Source: Gemmatimonadales bacterium (GTDB taxonomy: Bacteria > Gemmatimonadota > Gemmatimonadetes > Gemmatimonadales > GWC2-71-9). Taken from it: a stretch of DNA of 51,425 bases. Of this stretch, positions 8,520 through 17,585 are shown piece after piece. The position numbers and the translations under genes are program-made. The stretch is taken from the NCBI GenBank assembly GCA_035763205.1, contig DASUBP010000032.1, positions 1 to 51,425 of the forward strand, written 5' to 3'. The notes below the pieces were generated by a model. The model did not search any database and was not told where the DNA came from. It was given only the letters and a program-made list of their open reading frames with translations. Numbering within the stretch: position 1 is the first letter of the stretch; each line of letters opens with the position of its first letter.

Positions 8520-9023
8520 GTGCCCAGGATGGAATGCGCCGAGTTTCTCGATCGCTATACGGATTACCGCGACGGAGTGGTGACCACCCCGCGCGACCGC
8601 CGGCGGTTCGAGCGTCATCTCGCCCATTGCGAGACGTGCCGCTCGTACGACACAGCGGTTCGTCGCGGGGTGCTTGCACTTCAGGGGGTCGAGACCCTGA
8701 CCCCCTCGGAACGCTTCCGCGCCCGCCTGGATGCCCGGCTCCGCCGGGAGGCGTTGACGATGGCGGGCCCGCGGATCTCTCCGCGCATCGGGGCCGCCGC
8801 CGCGCTCCTCGCCGCCGTCGGCATCGCGCTCGTGGCCCTGCAGCTCGCCCACCGTCCCGCACCCCTCGTGGCCCACGCGCTCCCGCCGGTGCCCTTCCCG
8901 AAGCCCGTAGCCCAGGCCGGCGTACCGTTCGTCACGTTCCAGGACCCGCGCGCCATGACCGCCGCCGGCAACCCCATGCCCTACGGCTCGGCGCTCGTCG
9001 AGCCGGTCAGCGCCCACCACTAG
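8520..9023 (+). CDS. zinc-finger (ZAS-type) anti-sigma factor
   Basis: HLAHCETC matches the H-x3-C-x2-C anti-sigma motif. One TM segment (AAAALLAAVGIALVALQL). GGAGG at 8511-8515 precedes GTG 8520. It lies directly downstream of the ECF sigma gene. Confidence 0.75.
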   Translation: MPRMECAEFLDRYTDYRDGVVTTPRDRRRFERHLAHCETCRSYDTAVRRGVLALQGVETLTPSERFRARLDARLRREALTMAGPRISPRIGAAAALLAAVGIALVALQLAHRPAPLVAHALPPVPFPKPVAQAGVPFVTFQDPRAMTAAGNPMPYGSALVEPVSAHH

Positions 9024-9061
9024 GCTTTCATCCGCTTCACGCGGGCGGTATTATCCGCCCG

Positions 9062-10117
9062 ATGGCGACGTTGAGCTTCAACGCGCTCCTCGGCGGCGGC
9101 AAGCCGGGGTCGCTCGATCCGGTCTACTATCTCCACGGCGAGGAAGAGATCCTGAAGGAGGAGGCGGTGCGCCTGCTGCTCGACCGCGCCGTCGATCCAT
9201 CCTTGAGGGATTTCAACGTCGACGCACGGTCCGCGCCCGAGCTGGATCCAGCCGCTCTGCGCACCCTGGTCGATACGCCCCCGATGATGGCCGACCGCCG
9301 GGTCGTGATCCTCCGGTCCGTCGAGGGCTTTCGGGCCAAGTCGAAGACCCGGGACGAGCTGGTCCGCTATCTCGCGCACCCCAATCCCAGCACCACCCTG
9401 ATTCTGGTTCAGGGCGGCGACGAGGCGCCCGACGCGGGGCTCACTGCGCACGCGACCACCGTCGCCGCCCTCCGGCTCCCACCCGACCGCGTCACGCGCT
9501 GGATCACACACCGGGCCGGGCAGATCGGCATCACGATCGACACCGCCGCCGCTGAGCTGCTGGGCCGGGCGACGGCGCATGACCTGGCCGCGGTTTCGCA
9601 GGAGCTCGACAAGCTGGCCGCCATCGCCGGCACGCGGACCGTCACCGAGGCGGACGTCACCGCCGCCGTCGGTGTCCGGCATGGCGAGACGCTCGACGAT
9701 CTGATCACGGCGACACTCGAGCGACGGGTGGGTGACGCCGCAAGAACGCTCGGGCCCGTGCTGGCCCAGTCCGGGATGAGCGGAGTCAAGCTCGTCAGCA
9801 CGCTGGGCACCGGTCTCGTGGGTCTCGCCGCCGCCCGTGCCGAGCTCGACCGGGGGACGGCGCCGGGACGGCTGGAGTACACGATCCTCCAGCGGCTGAT
9901 CGCGTCGCGGCCCGCAGGGCTGGGGGCCGGGTACAAGGACGTAGCCGCGCGCTGGGCGAAGTGGGTGCGCGGATGGACCGCCCCCGAGCTGTCCCGCGCC
10001 ATCCGCCGCGCGCTCGCCGCGGATCGCGCGCTCAAGGCAACGCAACTGACCGACGAATACGGCATCGTGCTCGACCTGATTCTCGGGTTGGCGCGTGCCT
10101 CGAGGGAGGCAGCGTGA
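9062..10117 (+). CDS. holA: DNA polymerase III subunit delta
   Basis: The N-terminus LDPVYYLHGEEEILKEEAVRLLLDRAVDP...RRVVILRSVEGF is holA-like. The upstream part of ORF 8534-10117 overlaps the anti-sigma gene and was discarded. Confidence 0.85.
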   Translation: MATLSFNALLGGGKPGSLDPVYYLHGEEEILKEEAVRLLLDRAVDPSLRDFNVDARSAPELDPAALRTLVDTPPMMADRRVVILRSVEGFRAKSKTRDELVRYLAHPNPSTTLILVQGGDEAPDAGLTAHATTVAALRLPPDRVTRWITHRAGQIGITIDTAAAELLGRATAHDLAAVSQELDKLAAIAGTRTVTEADVTAAVGVRHGETLDDLITATLERRVGDAARTLGPVLAQSGMSGVKLVSTLGTGLVGLAAARAELDRGTAPGRLEYTILQRLIASRPAGLGAGYKDVAARWAKWVRGWTAPELSRAIRRALAADRALKATQLTDEYGIVLDLILGLARASREAA

Positions 10118-11016
10118 ACTACAGACGGCTAGACGGTTGGACGGGTAGAGGGGTCATGGCCATGGTGCTTGCACTAGCCGTCTACCCGTCTAGCCGTCTA
10201 GCGAGTCAATCCGATCCTCGTTTGAAATCCGCCGTCGATCTCGCTCAGTCGGGCCAGGTCGACTCCGCCCGCTCCATGGTGCGCAAGCTGCTGGCGACCA
10301 TGTCGCCGCACGACTCCGCGTATCCTCAGGCACTCTACACGCAGGGCATGCTGGCCGCGGACGCGCCGACCGTCACCTCGAATCTCCAGCGCGTGGTAGT
10401 CGAGTATGGGTGGTCCCCCTGGGCCGCCAACGCACTCATGCGGCTGGCCCAGCTCGCCTACACTCAGGGTGACCCGGCGTCCGCCATTCAATCGGTCCAG
10501 CGTCTGCGCCGCGATTATCCCGACTCGCCGGTGAAACCGCGCGCGGATTTCTGGGGCGCGAAAGCCGACTTCGACCTGCGGAACGAAACCGAAGGGTGCG
10601 AGCTCATCCGGGAAGCCCTCGCCGGCGCCGGCACCGACGTCGAGTTCAAGAATCAGGTGTCGTTCTACGCGGCGCGCTGCGGCGCGACTCCCGCGCCGAC
10701 CCCGACCGCCAGCGCGCCGCCAGCCGCGGCAACTCCCGCCGCCCCCACGAGTCCGCCGAGGGACACGTCACCGGCCACGTCGGGCAAGACCACGTACGCC
10801 GTGCAGGTGTTGGCCGTGAAGAGCGCCGCCGACGTCGACGCCCTGCTCACACGTCTCAAGGTGATGGGGTACGAAGGGCACGTCGTACCGCGCGACTCCA
10901 CCGGCCTCATCAAGGTGCGCGTGGGCCGCTACGCGACTCGACCCGAGGCGCTCAGGGCGCAGTCGCAGCTCAAGGCCCGCCTCGGCGGCCAGCCGTTCGT
11001 GGTGACCGAGCCTTGA
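10114..11016 (+). CDS. TPR- and SPOR-domain protein (peptidoglycan-binding, division-associated)
   Basis: C-terminal SPOR domain (TYAVQVLAVKSAADVDALLTRLKVMGYEGHVVPRDSTGLIKVRVGRYATRPEALRAQSQLK). The start is uncertain: either GTG 10114 (GTGA overlap with holA) or ATG 10156/10162. Confidence 0.8.
   Translation: MNYRRLDGWTGRGVMAMVLALAVYPSSRLASQSDPRLKSAVDLAQSGQVDSARSMVRKLLATMSPHDSAYPQALYTQGMLAADAPTVTSNLQRVVVEYGWSPWAANALMRLAQLAYTQGDPASAIQSVQRLRRDYPDSPVKPRADFWGAKADFDLRNETEGCELIREALAGAGTDVEFKNQVSFYAARCGATPAPTPTASAPPAAATPAAPTSPPRDTSPATSGKTTYAVQVLAVKSAADVDALLTRLKVMGYEGHVVPRDSTGLIKVRVGRYATRPEALRAQSQLKARLGGQPFVVTEP
10121..10201. repeat. inverted arrays of 8-nt tandem units (CTAGACGG-type / CCGTCTAG-type)
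   Basis: ACAGACGG CTAGACGG TTGGACGG GTAGAGGG (10121-10152) faces CCGTCTAC CCGTCTAG CCGTCTAG (10178-10201). There is a perfect 14-bp complement between 10123-10136 and 10186-10199. Confidence 0.8.
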
Positions 11017-11024
11017 GCTCACGA

Positions 11025-13625
11025 GTGGCGTCGGCTCCCCCTCCGGCTGATACGCCGCTCATGCAGCAATACCGCGAGATCAAATCGCGGCATCCCAATA
11101 CCATTTTGTTTTTCCGGATGGGTGACTTCTACGAGATGTTCGAGGACGACGCGAAGCTGGGTGCGCGCGTCCTGGGGCTCACGCTCACTTCGCGCAACAA
11201 CGGCGGCGCCTCGGAGGTCCCCCTCGCCGGCGTACCCGTGAAGGCCGCCACCGAGTACCTCCGGAAGCTGGTCTCCGCCGGCCACCGTGTCGCCGTATGC
11301 GAACAGGTCGAGGATCCGAAGCTCGCCAAGGGTCTGGTGCGTCGCGAAGTCATCGAAACCATCACCCCGGGATCGGTCCTCGCCGAGGACTGGATCGCGA
11401 CCGGCAAGAACAACTTCCTCGCCGCGCTCCTGCCCCAGGAGTCCGTCGTCGGGCTTGCGGCGCTCGATCTCACCACCGGCGAATTCGTCTGGGAGACCCT
11501 GCTCCCCGAGGATGTCGCGGCGGGACTGGCCCGCTATGAGCCGTCCGAGCTGGTGGTTCCCGCGGGTGGCGCGGGGCCCCGCGAGCTCACCGGCACGCGA
11601 ACCGAGCGAGAGGCCTGGGAATTCGATCCCGATCTCGCCCGGGAGGATCTGCAGCGAGTGTTCGGTCTCGCTTCCCTGGATGGCCTGGGTGTCGAGAGCA
11701 CCGACCGCGCCGCACTGGGAGCCGCCGGTGCCCTGCTCCGCTATGCCCGGGAGCTGAAGCCCGGAGGACTGCCCCATCTCGCCCGGCCGAGACTCGTCAG
11801 GCGGGGGGCGGTGCTGCCGCTCGACGAAATGACGCGGCGGAATCTCGAGCTCATCGAGCCCCTCCGTCCCGGCGCGACAGGAACGACCCTTCTCGAAGTC
11901 CTCGACCGCACGCTGACGCCCATGGGAGCGCGGCTCCTGCGCCGCTGGCTCTTGGCGCCGCTCGTCGACGCAGGCGCCGTGAATCAGCGCCTCGACGCGG
12001 TCCAGGTGCTCGTGATGGATCCGCGCGGACGCGACCGGCTGCGCGAGGCGCTCGACGGCGTCCGTGACCTGGAGCGCCTCGCCGGCCGCGCGGCGGTGGG
12101 CCGCGCCACCCCGCGCGAGCTCGGCGCCCTGCGCGATTCCATCAGAAAGCTCCCCGACGTCCGGGCCGGCCTCGACGGGCTGGAGGCTCGAGACCACTCG
12201 GCCCTTCTCGAGGAAATCGCGGAAGGCCTCGATCTGCTCGCCGATCTGGGCGATGAGCTGGCCCGCGCCCTCGTGGACCGGCCGCCCGCTCAGCTCTCGG
12301 AAGGGGACTCCATCCGCGAGGGCTTTGACGCGGAGCTGGACGAGCTGAAGGACGCGCGGGATGGCGGGAAGACCTATATCGCGGGTCTTCAGGCCCGTGA
12401 GCGGGAGCGGACCGGCATCACGTCCCTGAAGGTCGGGTTCAACAAGGTCTTCGGATACTACCTCGAAATCACGAACACCCACCGGGACCGGATCCCTGCC
12501 GACTACGAGCGCCGCCAGACTCTGACCGGCGCGGAGCGCTACGTCACCCCCGAGCTGAAAGAGCATGAAGCGAAGGTCCTGGGCGCCGAAGAACGGATCG
12601 CGACGCGGGAGGCGGCCCTGATCGACACCCTGCGTCGCCGCGTGGGTGCGGAGATTGCGCGCGTGCAGGGGACGGCGGCGAGTCTCGCGACCCTCGACGT
12701 GTGGTCCGCACTCGCCGACGTCGCGCAGCGAGGAGCGTACGTCAGGCCCGTGGTCACTGACGACTTCGCCCTTCGGCTCGAAGGATCCCGCCACCCGGTG
12801 GTGGAGCGCATGATGCCCCGGGAAGCTTTCATCCCCAACGACGTCCAGTTGGACGATGCCGGACGGATCATCCTGCTCACCGGACCGAACATGGCCGGCA
12901 AGTCGACCCTGCTCCGGCAGGTCGGGCTCGCCGTCCTGATGGCGCAGGTGGGGTCATTCGTCCCGGCGAAGAGCGCCACGATCGGCATCGCGGACCGCAT
13001 CTTCACCCGGGTGGGTGCGTCCGACAACCTGGCTCGCGGTCAGTCGACCTTCATGGTCGAGATGAGCGAAACCAGCGCGATTCTCCATGGCGCCACGTCC
13101 AGGAGCCTCGTCCTGCTGGATGAGATCGGCCGCGGTACGTCGACGTACGACGGCGTGGCCATCGCGTGGGCCGTCACCGAGTGTCTGCACAACCGGATCG
13201 GCTGCAAGACCATCTTCGCCACGCACTATCACGAGCTGACCCAGCTCACCGAAGAGCTGGCGCACGCTCGGAACTTCAACGTGGCGGTGAAGGAATCGGG
13301 CGACGACGTCGTCTTCCTGCACCGGCTGGAGCCGGGCGGCGCCGACCGATCCTACGGCATTCACGTCGGCCGGCTGGCGGGGCTCCCCGCGCCGGTCGTC
13401 GCGCGCGCCTGGGAGGTCCTCAAGCTCCTGGAAGCGGGTCACCACGTCGCGCATCTGCCGGCCCCAGTACCTCCGGACGCTTCGCAGCTCGGCCTCTTCG
13501 CGCCGGCCGAGCGTGCCGATCCCCTGCTGGCGGAGCTCGACCGGCTCGACGTCAACGCGTTGTCCCCATTGGAAGCCCTGAACCGTCTGGCGGAGTGGCA
13601 ACGCCGCCGGAAGGAGCGCCCATGA
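11025..13625 (+). CDS. mutS: DNA mismatch repair protein MutS
   Basis: TPLMQQYREIKSRHPNTILFFRMGDFYEMF at the N-terminus and a Walker A motif GPNMAGKST. GTG 11025 or ATG 11061 is the start. The 1009-aa ORF from 10596 overlaps the SPOR gene. Confidence 0.95.
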   Translation: MASAPPPADTPLMQQYREIKSRHPNTILFFRMGDFYEMFEDDAKLGARVLGLTLTSRNNGGASEVPLAGVPVKAATEYLRKLVSAGHRVAVCEQVEDPKLAKGLVRREVIETITPGSVLAEDWIATGKNNFLAALLPQESVVGLAALDLTTGEFVWETLLPEDVAAGLARYEPSELVVPAGGAGPRELTGTRTEREAWEFDPDLAREDLQRVFGLASLDGLGVESTDRAALGAAGALLRYARELKPGGLPHLARPRLVRRGAVLPLDEMTRRNLELIEPLRPGATGTTLLEVLDRTLTPMGARLLRRWLLAPLVDAGAVNQRLDAVQVLVMDPRGRDRLREALDGVRDLERLAGRAAVGRATPRELGALRDSIRKLPDVRAGLDGLEARDHSALLEEIAEGLDLLADLGDELARALVDRPPAQLSEGDSIREGFDAELDELKDARDGGKTYIAGLQARERERTGITSLKVGFNKVFGYYLEITNTHRDRIPADYERRQTLTGAERYVTPELKEHEAKVLGAEERIATREAALIDTLRRRVGAEIARVQGTAASLATLDVWSALADVAQRGAYVRPVVTDDFALRLEGSRHPVVERMMPREAFIPNDVQLDDAGRIILLTGPNMAGKSTLLRQVGLAVLMAQVGSFVPAKSATIGIADRIFTRVGASDNLARGQSTFMVEMSETSAILHGATSRSLVLLDEIGRGTSTYDGVAIAWAVTECLHNRIGCKTIFATHYHELTQLTEELAHARNFNVAVKESGDDVVFLHRLEPGGADRSYGIHVGRLAGLPAPVVARAWEVLKLLEAGHHVAHLPAPVPPDASQLGLFAPAERADPLLAELDRLDVNALSPLEALNRLAEWQRRRKERP

Positions 13626-14302
13626 AACACTTCCGTCACGCCGGCCTCCTGATCGCGTTGGGTGCGGCGGCGTGCAGTCATGCGAGCGGCTCGGGGGGCG
13701 CCGGCTCACCGCCACCTGCCGAAGAAGCACCGGTGGCCATCAACCCCGAAGTCCCGATCGCCTATCCGGCCGCCCTCTTCGACCGGGGCGTGGATGGTGA
13801 AGTGAAGCTGCGGCTGTTCGCGGACTCCACCGGGAAGCTCGTCCCGGAATCCACCAAGATCCTCGAGTCGTCCGGCTACCCGGCCATGGACTCGGCCGCG
13901 TTGTCGGGCGCGGGGAAGCTCAAGTTCGCGCCGGGCCGGCGACATGGACTCCCCGTGGCGACGGCGTTCCAGCAGTCGGTGGAATTCCGGCACCCATCGA
14001 GCGCACCCGTCGCGCCGTCGGACGTCGGCGAGACCAAACCCCTGCCCCCGCCGGTCACGCTTTCGAATCCCGCCAGCACCGGGAGTCGCTCGACACCGGT
14101 GACGCCGGCCCCGAAGCCGAAGCCGCGGGCGCAGCGGCCCCGCCCCGTGGTCGACACGACCAGGGCCGACTCGACGGCTCGTGACACGGCAAGGGCCCCG
14201 GTGAAGACGAATTCCGACACGGCCAAGCCGAAGCCCGATTCGATTCCGCCGGCCCCGAAGCCCGACTCCGGACCCAAACCCGTCCGCCCGGACAGTCAAT
14301 GA
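13622..14302 (+). CDS. lipoprotein with TonB C-terminal-like domain and Pro/Lys-rich C-terminal tail
   Basis: ATGA overlap with mutS. Lipobox-like LIALGAAAC. TonB_C-like PEVPIAYPAALFDRGVDGEVKLRLFADSTGKLVPESTKILESSGYPAMDSAALSGAGKLKFAPG, followed by a PAPKPKP-type tail. Confidence 0.65.
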   Translation: MKHFRHAGLLIALGAAACSHASGSGGAGSPPPAEEAPVAINPEVPIAYPAALFDRGVDGEVKLRLFADSTGKLVPESTKILESSGYPAMDSAALSGAGKLKFAPGRRHGLPVATAFQQSVEFRHPSSAPVAPSDVGETKPLPPPVTLSNPASTGSRSTPVTPAPKPKPRAQRPRPVVDTTRADSTARDTARAPVKTNSDTAKPKPDSIPPAPKPDSGPKPVRPDSQ

Positions 14303-15684
14303 CCGCGCACACCAAGCCCTATGACGACGTCCTGCAGACCATTGGCTGGACGCCGATGATCCGGCTCCGCCGGTTGACCCAGGGCATTCGGACGCCCATC
14401 TACGCCAAGGCCGAGTTCTTCAATCCGGGTGGGTCGGTGAAGGACCGGATCGGCGTCGCGATGATCGAGGCCGCGGAAAAGGAGGGACGGCTCAAACCGG
14501 GTGGTCTCGTCGTCGAGGCAACGTCGGGAAACACCGGCGTGGGACTCGCCCTCGCCGCGGCGGTGAAGGGCTACCGTTGCATCTTCACCATGCCCGACAA
14601 GATGTCCCAGGAAAAGGCCCGGCTGCTCCGCGCCCTGGGGGCCGAAGTGATCATCACGCCGACGGCCGTGGCTCCGGACCATCCGGACAACTACATCATG
14701 AAGGGGCGCGCCATCGCGGCGGCGCACCCCAACTCCATCTTCGCCGACCAGCATTACAACGCCGTCAATCCGGAAGCCCACTACCGAACGACGGGACCTG
14801 AGATCTGGACTCAGACCGACGGAAAGGTTACGCACTTCGTGTGCTCGCCGGGGACGGGTGGGACGGTGAGTGGCGTCGCCAAGTACCTGAAGGAGAAGAA
14901 CCCGAAGGTGCGGGTGATCGCCGGTGATCCCGTGGGGTCCATCTACCGTGAGTACGGCGAGACCCACCACAAGGGGGAAGGCGCGCCGTACAAGGTCGAG
15001 GGCATCGGCGGGGACAAGATCCCGACGGCACTCGACTTCGCCGCCGTCGACGAGTGGATCACCGTGTCCGACAAGGACGCCATCCTCCTGGTGCGGCGCA
15101 TGGCGAAAGAAGAGGGTCTGTTCTGCGGGGGCTCGACCGGCGTCAACGTCTTCGCGGCGCTCGAGGTAGCGCGGAAGCTTGACGACCCCAAGGCGTGCGT
15201 CGTCACGGTGCTCTCTGACACCGGCGAGCGGTACCTCTCCAAGGTCTACAACGACGAGTGGCTGCGTGAGAACCAGATGCTCGATTCCGAGCGCGTCACG
15301 GTCGCGAGCGTGCTGTCCGCGAAGGACGGCAAGAGTCCCGAGGTGATCCAGGTGGCCCCGCAAGCCACGGTGCGCCAGGCCCTGAATCTCATGAGCACGT
15401 ATAACGTCTCCCAGCTTCCGGTACTGGACGGCGCCGATGGCGTCGGCGCGGTCTCCGAACAGGCGTTGATGGCCGCCGCATTGAATGACGCCGCGGCGCT
15501 CGACTGGCCGGTGCGTGAAGTGATGGATCCGCCGTTCCCCGTGGTGGATGGGGACTGGCCCCTCGCGCGTCTCACGTCGCTCTTGTCCCGGGAAACGCCC
15601 GCGGCGCTGGTGCGCCGGAACGGCAAGATCTCGGGGATCGTGACGCGATACGACCTCCTGCACCAGCTGGCCGGCATCCACTGA
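14299..15684 (+). CDS. cystathionine beta-synthase (PLP-dependent, with C-terminal CBS domain pair)
   Basis: 461 aa. GGSVKDRIG PLP-lysine motif, GNTGVGLA, and two C-terminal CBS-type modules. ATGA overlap with the upstream gene. Confidence 0.9.
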   Translation: MTAHTKPYDDVLQTIGWTPMIRLRRLTQGIRTPIYAKAEFFNPGGSVKDRIGVAMIEAAEKEGRLKPGGLVVEATSGNTGVGLALAAAVKGYRCIFTMPDKMSQEKARLLRALGAEVIITPTAVAPDHPDNYIMKGRAIAAAHPNSIFADQHYNAVNPEAHYRTTGPEIWTQTDGKVTHFVCSPGTGGTVSGVAKYLKEKNPKVRVIAGDPVGSIYREYGETHHKGEGAPYKVEGIGGDKIPTALDFAAVDEWITVSDKDAILLVRRMAKEEGLFCGGSTGVNVFAALEVARKLDDPKACVVTVLSDTGERYLSKVYNDEWLRENQMLDSERVTVASVLSAKDGKSPEVIQVAPQATVRQALNLMSTYNVSQLPVLDGADGVGAVSEQALMAAALNDAAALDWPVREVMDPPFPVVDGDWPLARLTSLLSRETPAALVRRNGKISGIVTRYDLLHQLAGIH

Positions 15685-16706
15685 TGCGCGTCACCGTTCT
15701 CACCGGTGGCGCGACCGCCGAGCGCACCGTCGCGTTCGCGGGGGCGACGCAGGTGGTCGCGGCCCTGCGTGGCCGTGGACACTCGGTGTACGTCGTGGAC
15801 ACGGCGACCGGGCTGCTCGACGAGGGAGACGAAAAACGGCTCCTCAAGACCGACGTCGGGACCACGCCCCCTGGCGATCTCACTCCCCTGGTTCAGTCAG
15901 AGCGGCACTTCCTGGGTGAGGGCCTGGCGACCCTGCCGGTGGTCCAGGGCGCGGACGTGCTGTTCCTCGTGGTGCATGGCGGGATGGGCGAGGGGGGCCA
16001 GCTCCAGGCCCTCCTCGACCTCATCGGTGTGCCGTATACCGGCTCAGGTGCCCTGGGCAGCGCCCTCGCGGTCGACAAGGATCTCTCGAAGAAGCTCTTC
16101 CGCGCCGCCGGCGTTCCCGTCCCCGAGTGGTTCCTCGCCCCCGTGACGCCTGAGGACATCGACAAGACCCTTGGCTGGCCGGTGATCGTGAAGCCCTCGA
16201 ATGGCGGGTCGACCATCGGGCTTTCCCTGGTGCGAAACGCCAAGGGGCTCGACGACGCGATCCGCATCGCCCGCGCCTACGACGACGAAGTGATGATCGA
16301 GCAGTTCATCCCGGGACGGGAAATGACCGTCGGGGTGCTCGGCGACGTGCCCCTGCCGGTCGGGGAGATCGTTCCCAAGCACGAGCTGTTCGACTACGAG
16401 TGCAAGTACACTCCCGGCATGTCCGAGGAGACCTTCCCCGCTCAGCTTCCGGCGCCGATCGCCGCCAAGCTCCAGGCGGCCGCCCTGCTCGCGCATCGCG
16501 CCCTCAAGCTCCGTGGGTATTCTCGAATCGACTTCCGCCTGACCGGCGCAGGCGACATCTTTTGCCTGGAAGCCAACAATTTGCCGGGACTGACGGGGAC
16601 GAGTCTTTTCCCCCAAGGTGCCAAGGCCGCCGGAATCGGCTACGCCGAGATGTGCGAGCGAATCTGCGCCCTGGCGCGCGACACCCGGGGGTCCCGGAAG
16701 GGGTAG
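15684..16706 (+). CDS. ddl: D-alanine--D-alanine ligase
   Basis: 340 aa. MRVTVLTGGATAERTVAFAGA, VIVKPSNGGSTIGLSLV and an ATP-grasp layout. TGATG overlap with the upstream gene. Confidence 0.9.
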   Translation: MRVTVLTGGATAERTVAFAGATQVVAALRGRGHSVYVVDTATGLLDEGDEKRLLKTDVGTTPPGDLTPLVQSERHFLGEGLATLPVVQGADVLFLVVHGGMGEGGQLQALLDLIGVPYTGSGALGSALAVDKDLSKKLFRAAGVPVPEWFLAPVTPEDIDKTLGWPVIVKPSNGGSTIGLSLVRNAKGLDDAIRIARAYDDEVMIEQFIPGREMTVGVLGDVPLPVGEIVPKHELFDYECKYTPGMSEETFPAQLPAPIAAKLQAAALLAHRALKLRGYSRIDFRLTGAGDIFCLEANNLPGLTGTSLFPQGAKAAGIGYAEMCERICALARDTRGSRKG

Positions 16707-16714
16707 TAGAGGGC

Positions 16715-17551
16715 ATGGGTCCGCAACGGATGTTCGGGATGACACCGTGGGTCCGGCGACTCCTCGTCGCCAACCTCCTGGTGTTCCTGCTTCAGGAAAC
16801 GGTATTCCTCAAGGCCGCCCAGTTCCTCGCGTTCGACCCGCTGCACGCGTTCTCCCGCCCGTGGACCGTCCTGACGTACATGTTCCTGCACACGGGCGTC
16901 CTCCACCTCGCCTTCAACCTGCTCGCGCTCTACATCTTCGGTCCTCCCGTCGAGGAACGTCTCGGCTCGAGAGGGTTCATCGGCTTCTACCTCACCAGCG
17001 GCCTCGGTGGCGCCGTGCTGTCGTACGCCCTCGTCCTCTTGACCCACTCCGCGCCGATCCTCGGCGCGTCGGCCGCGGTGTACGGCGTGATGTTGGCGTT
17101 CGCGTGGTATTGGCCCGACGAGCCGATCTTCGTGTTCCCGCTCCCCGAGCCGATCCTCGCGAAGTGGCTGGTCATTTTCTTCGTGCTGCTGTCATTGACC
17201 TTCGCGCTGATTCCCAGTCTCCAGCCCGGCGTAGCGCACGTGGCGCACCTGGGCGGCTTCGCCACCGCGTTTCTGTGGCTGAAGCTCGATGCCTGGCGCC
17301 TGGGGCGGGCGGAGCGTCGTCTGCGCGGGGCCCCGGAGCGTGGCGTGCTGGTGCATCCGGCGGCGCTCACCGCACGCCGAGGGGGCGAGACGCAGAAGAC
17401 GCATCCCCGGGGGCGCTCGCCCGAGCGGCCGAACGCGGAGATCGACCGGGTGTTGGACAAGATTTCGGCAAGTGGTCTCGCCTCGCTCACGCCGGCGGAG
17501 AAGCGCTTTCTGGCCGAGATGAGCAAGAAGATGCGCGACCCCCACGACTGA
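16715..17551 (+). CDS. rhomboid family intramembrane serine protease
   Basis: Multi-TM protein with the GASAAVYGVM catalytic Ser motif and AHLGG His motif. The C-terminal charged tail ends LTPAEKRFLAEMSKKMRD. Confidence 0.85.
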   Translation: MGPQRMFGMTPWVRRLLVANLLVFLLQETVFLKAAQFLAFDPLHAFSRPWTVLTYMFLHTGVLHLAFNLLALYIFGPPVEERLGSRGFIGFYLTSGLGGAVLSYALVLLTHSAPILGASAAVYGVMLAFAWYWPDEPIFVFPLPEPILAKWLVIFFVLLSLTFALIPSLQPGVAHVAHLGGFATAFLWLKLDAWRLGRAERRLRGAPERGVLVHPAALTARRGGETQKTHPRGRSPERPNAEIDRVLDKISASGLASLTPAEKRFLAEMSKKMRDPHD

Positions 17552-17585
17552 GTGCGTCGCCGGGCGGCACGCTCGTCTCTCTCTT

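Noticed and set aside
8534-9061. Upstream extension of the holA ORF (527 aa)
   Set aside because: It overlaps the zinc-finger anti-sigma gene and its translation is Pro/Arg-rich. holA homology begins at ATG 9062.
10596-11024. Upstream extension that makes the mutS ORF 1009 aa
   Set aside because: The extension overlaps the well-supported SPOR-domain gene in another frame and is Arg-rich filler. MutS homology starts at TPLMQQY, near 11049.
14296-15681. 461-aa minus-strand ORF mirroring cystathionine beta-synthase
   Set aside because: Shadow ORF. The plus strand carries unambiguous PLP-enzyme and CBS-domain motifs, and the minus-strand translation has none.
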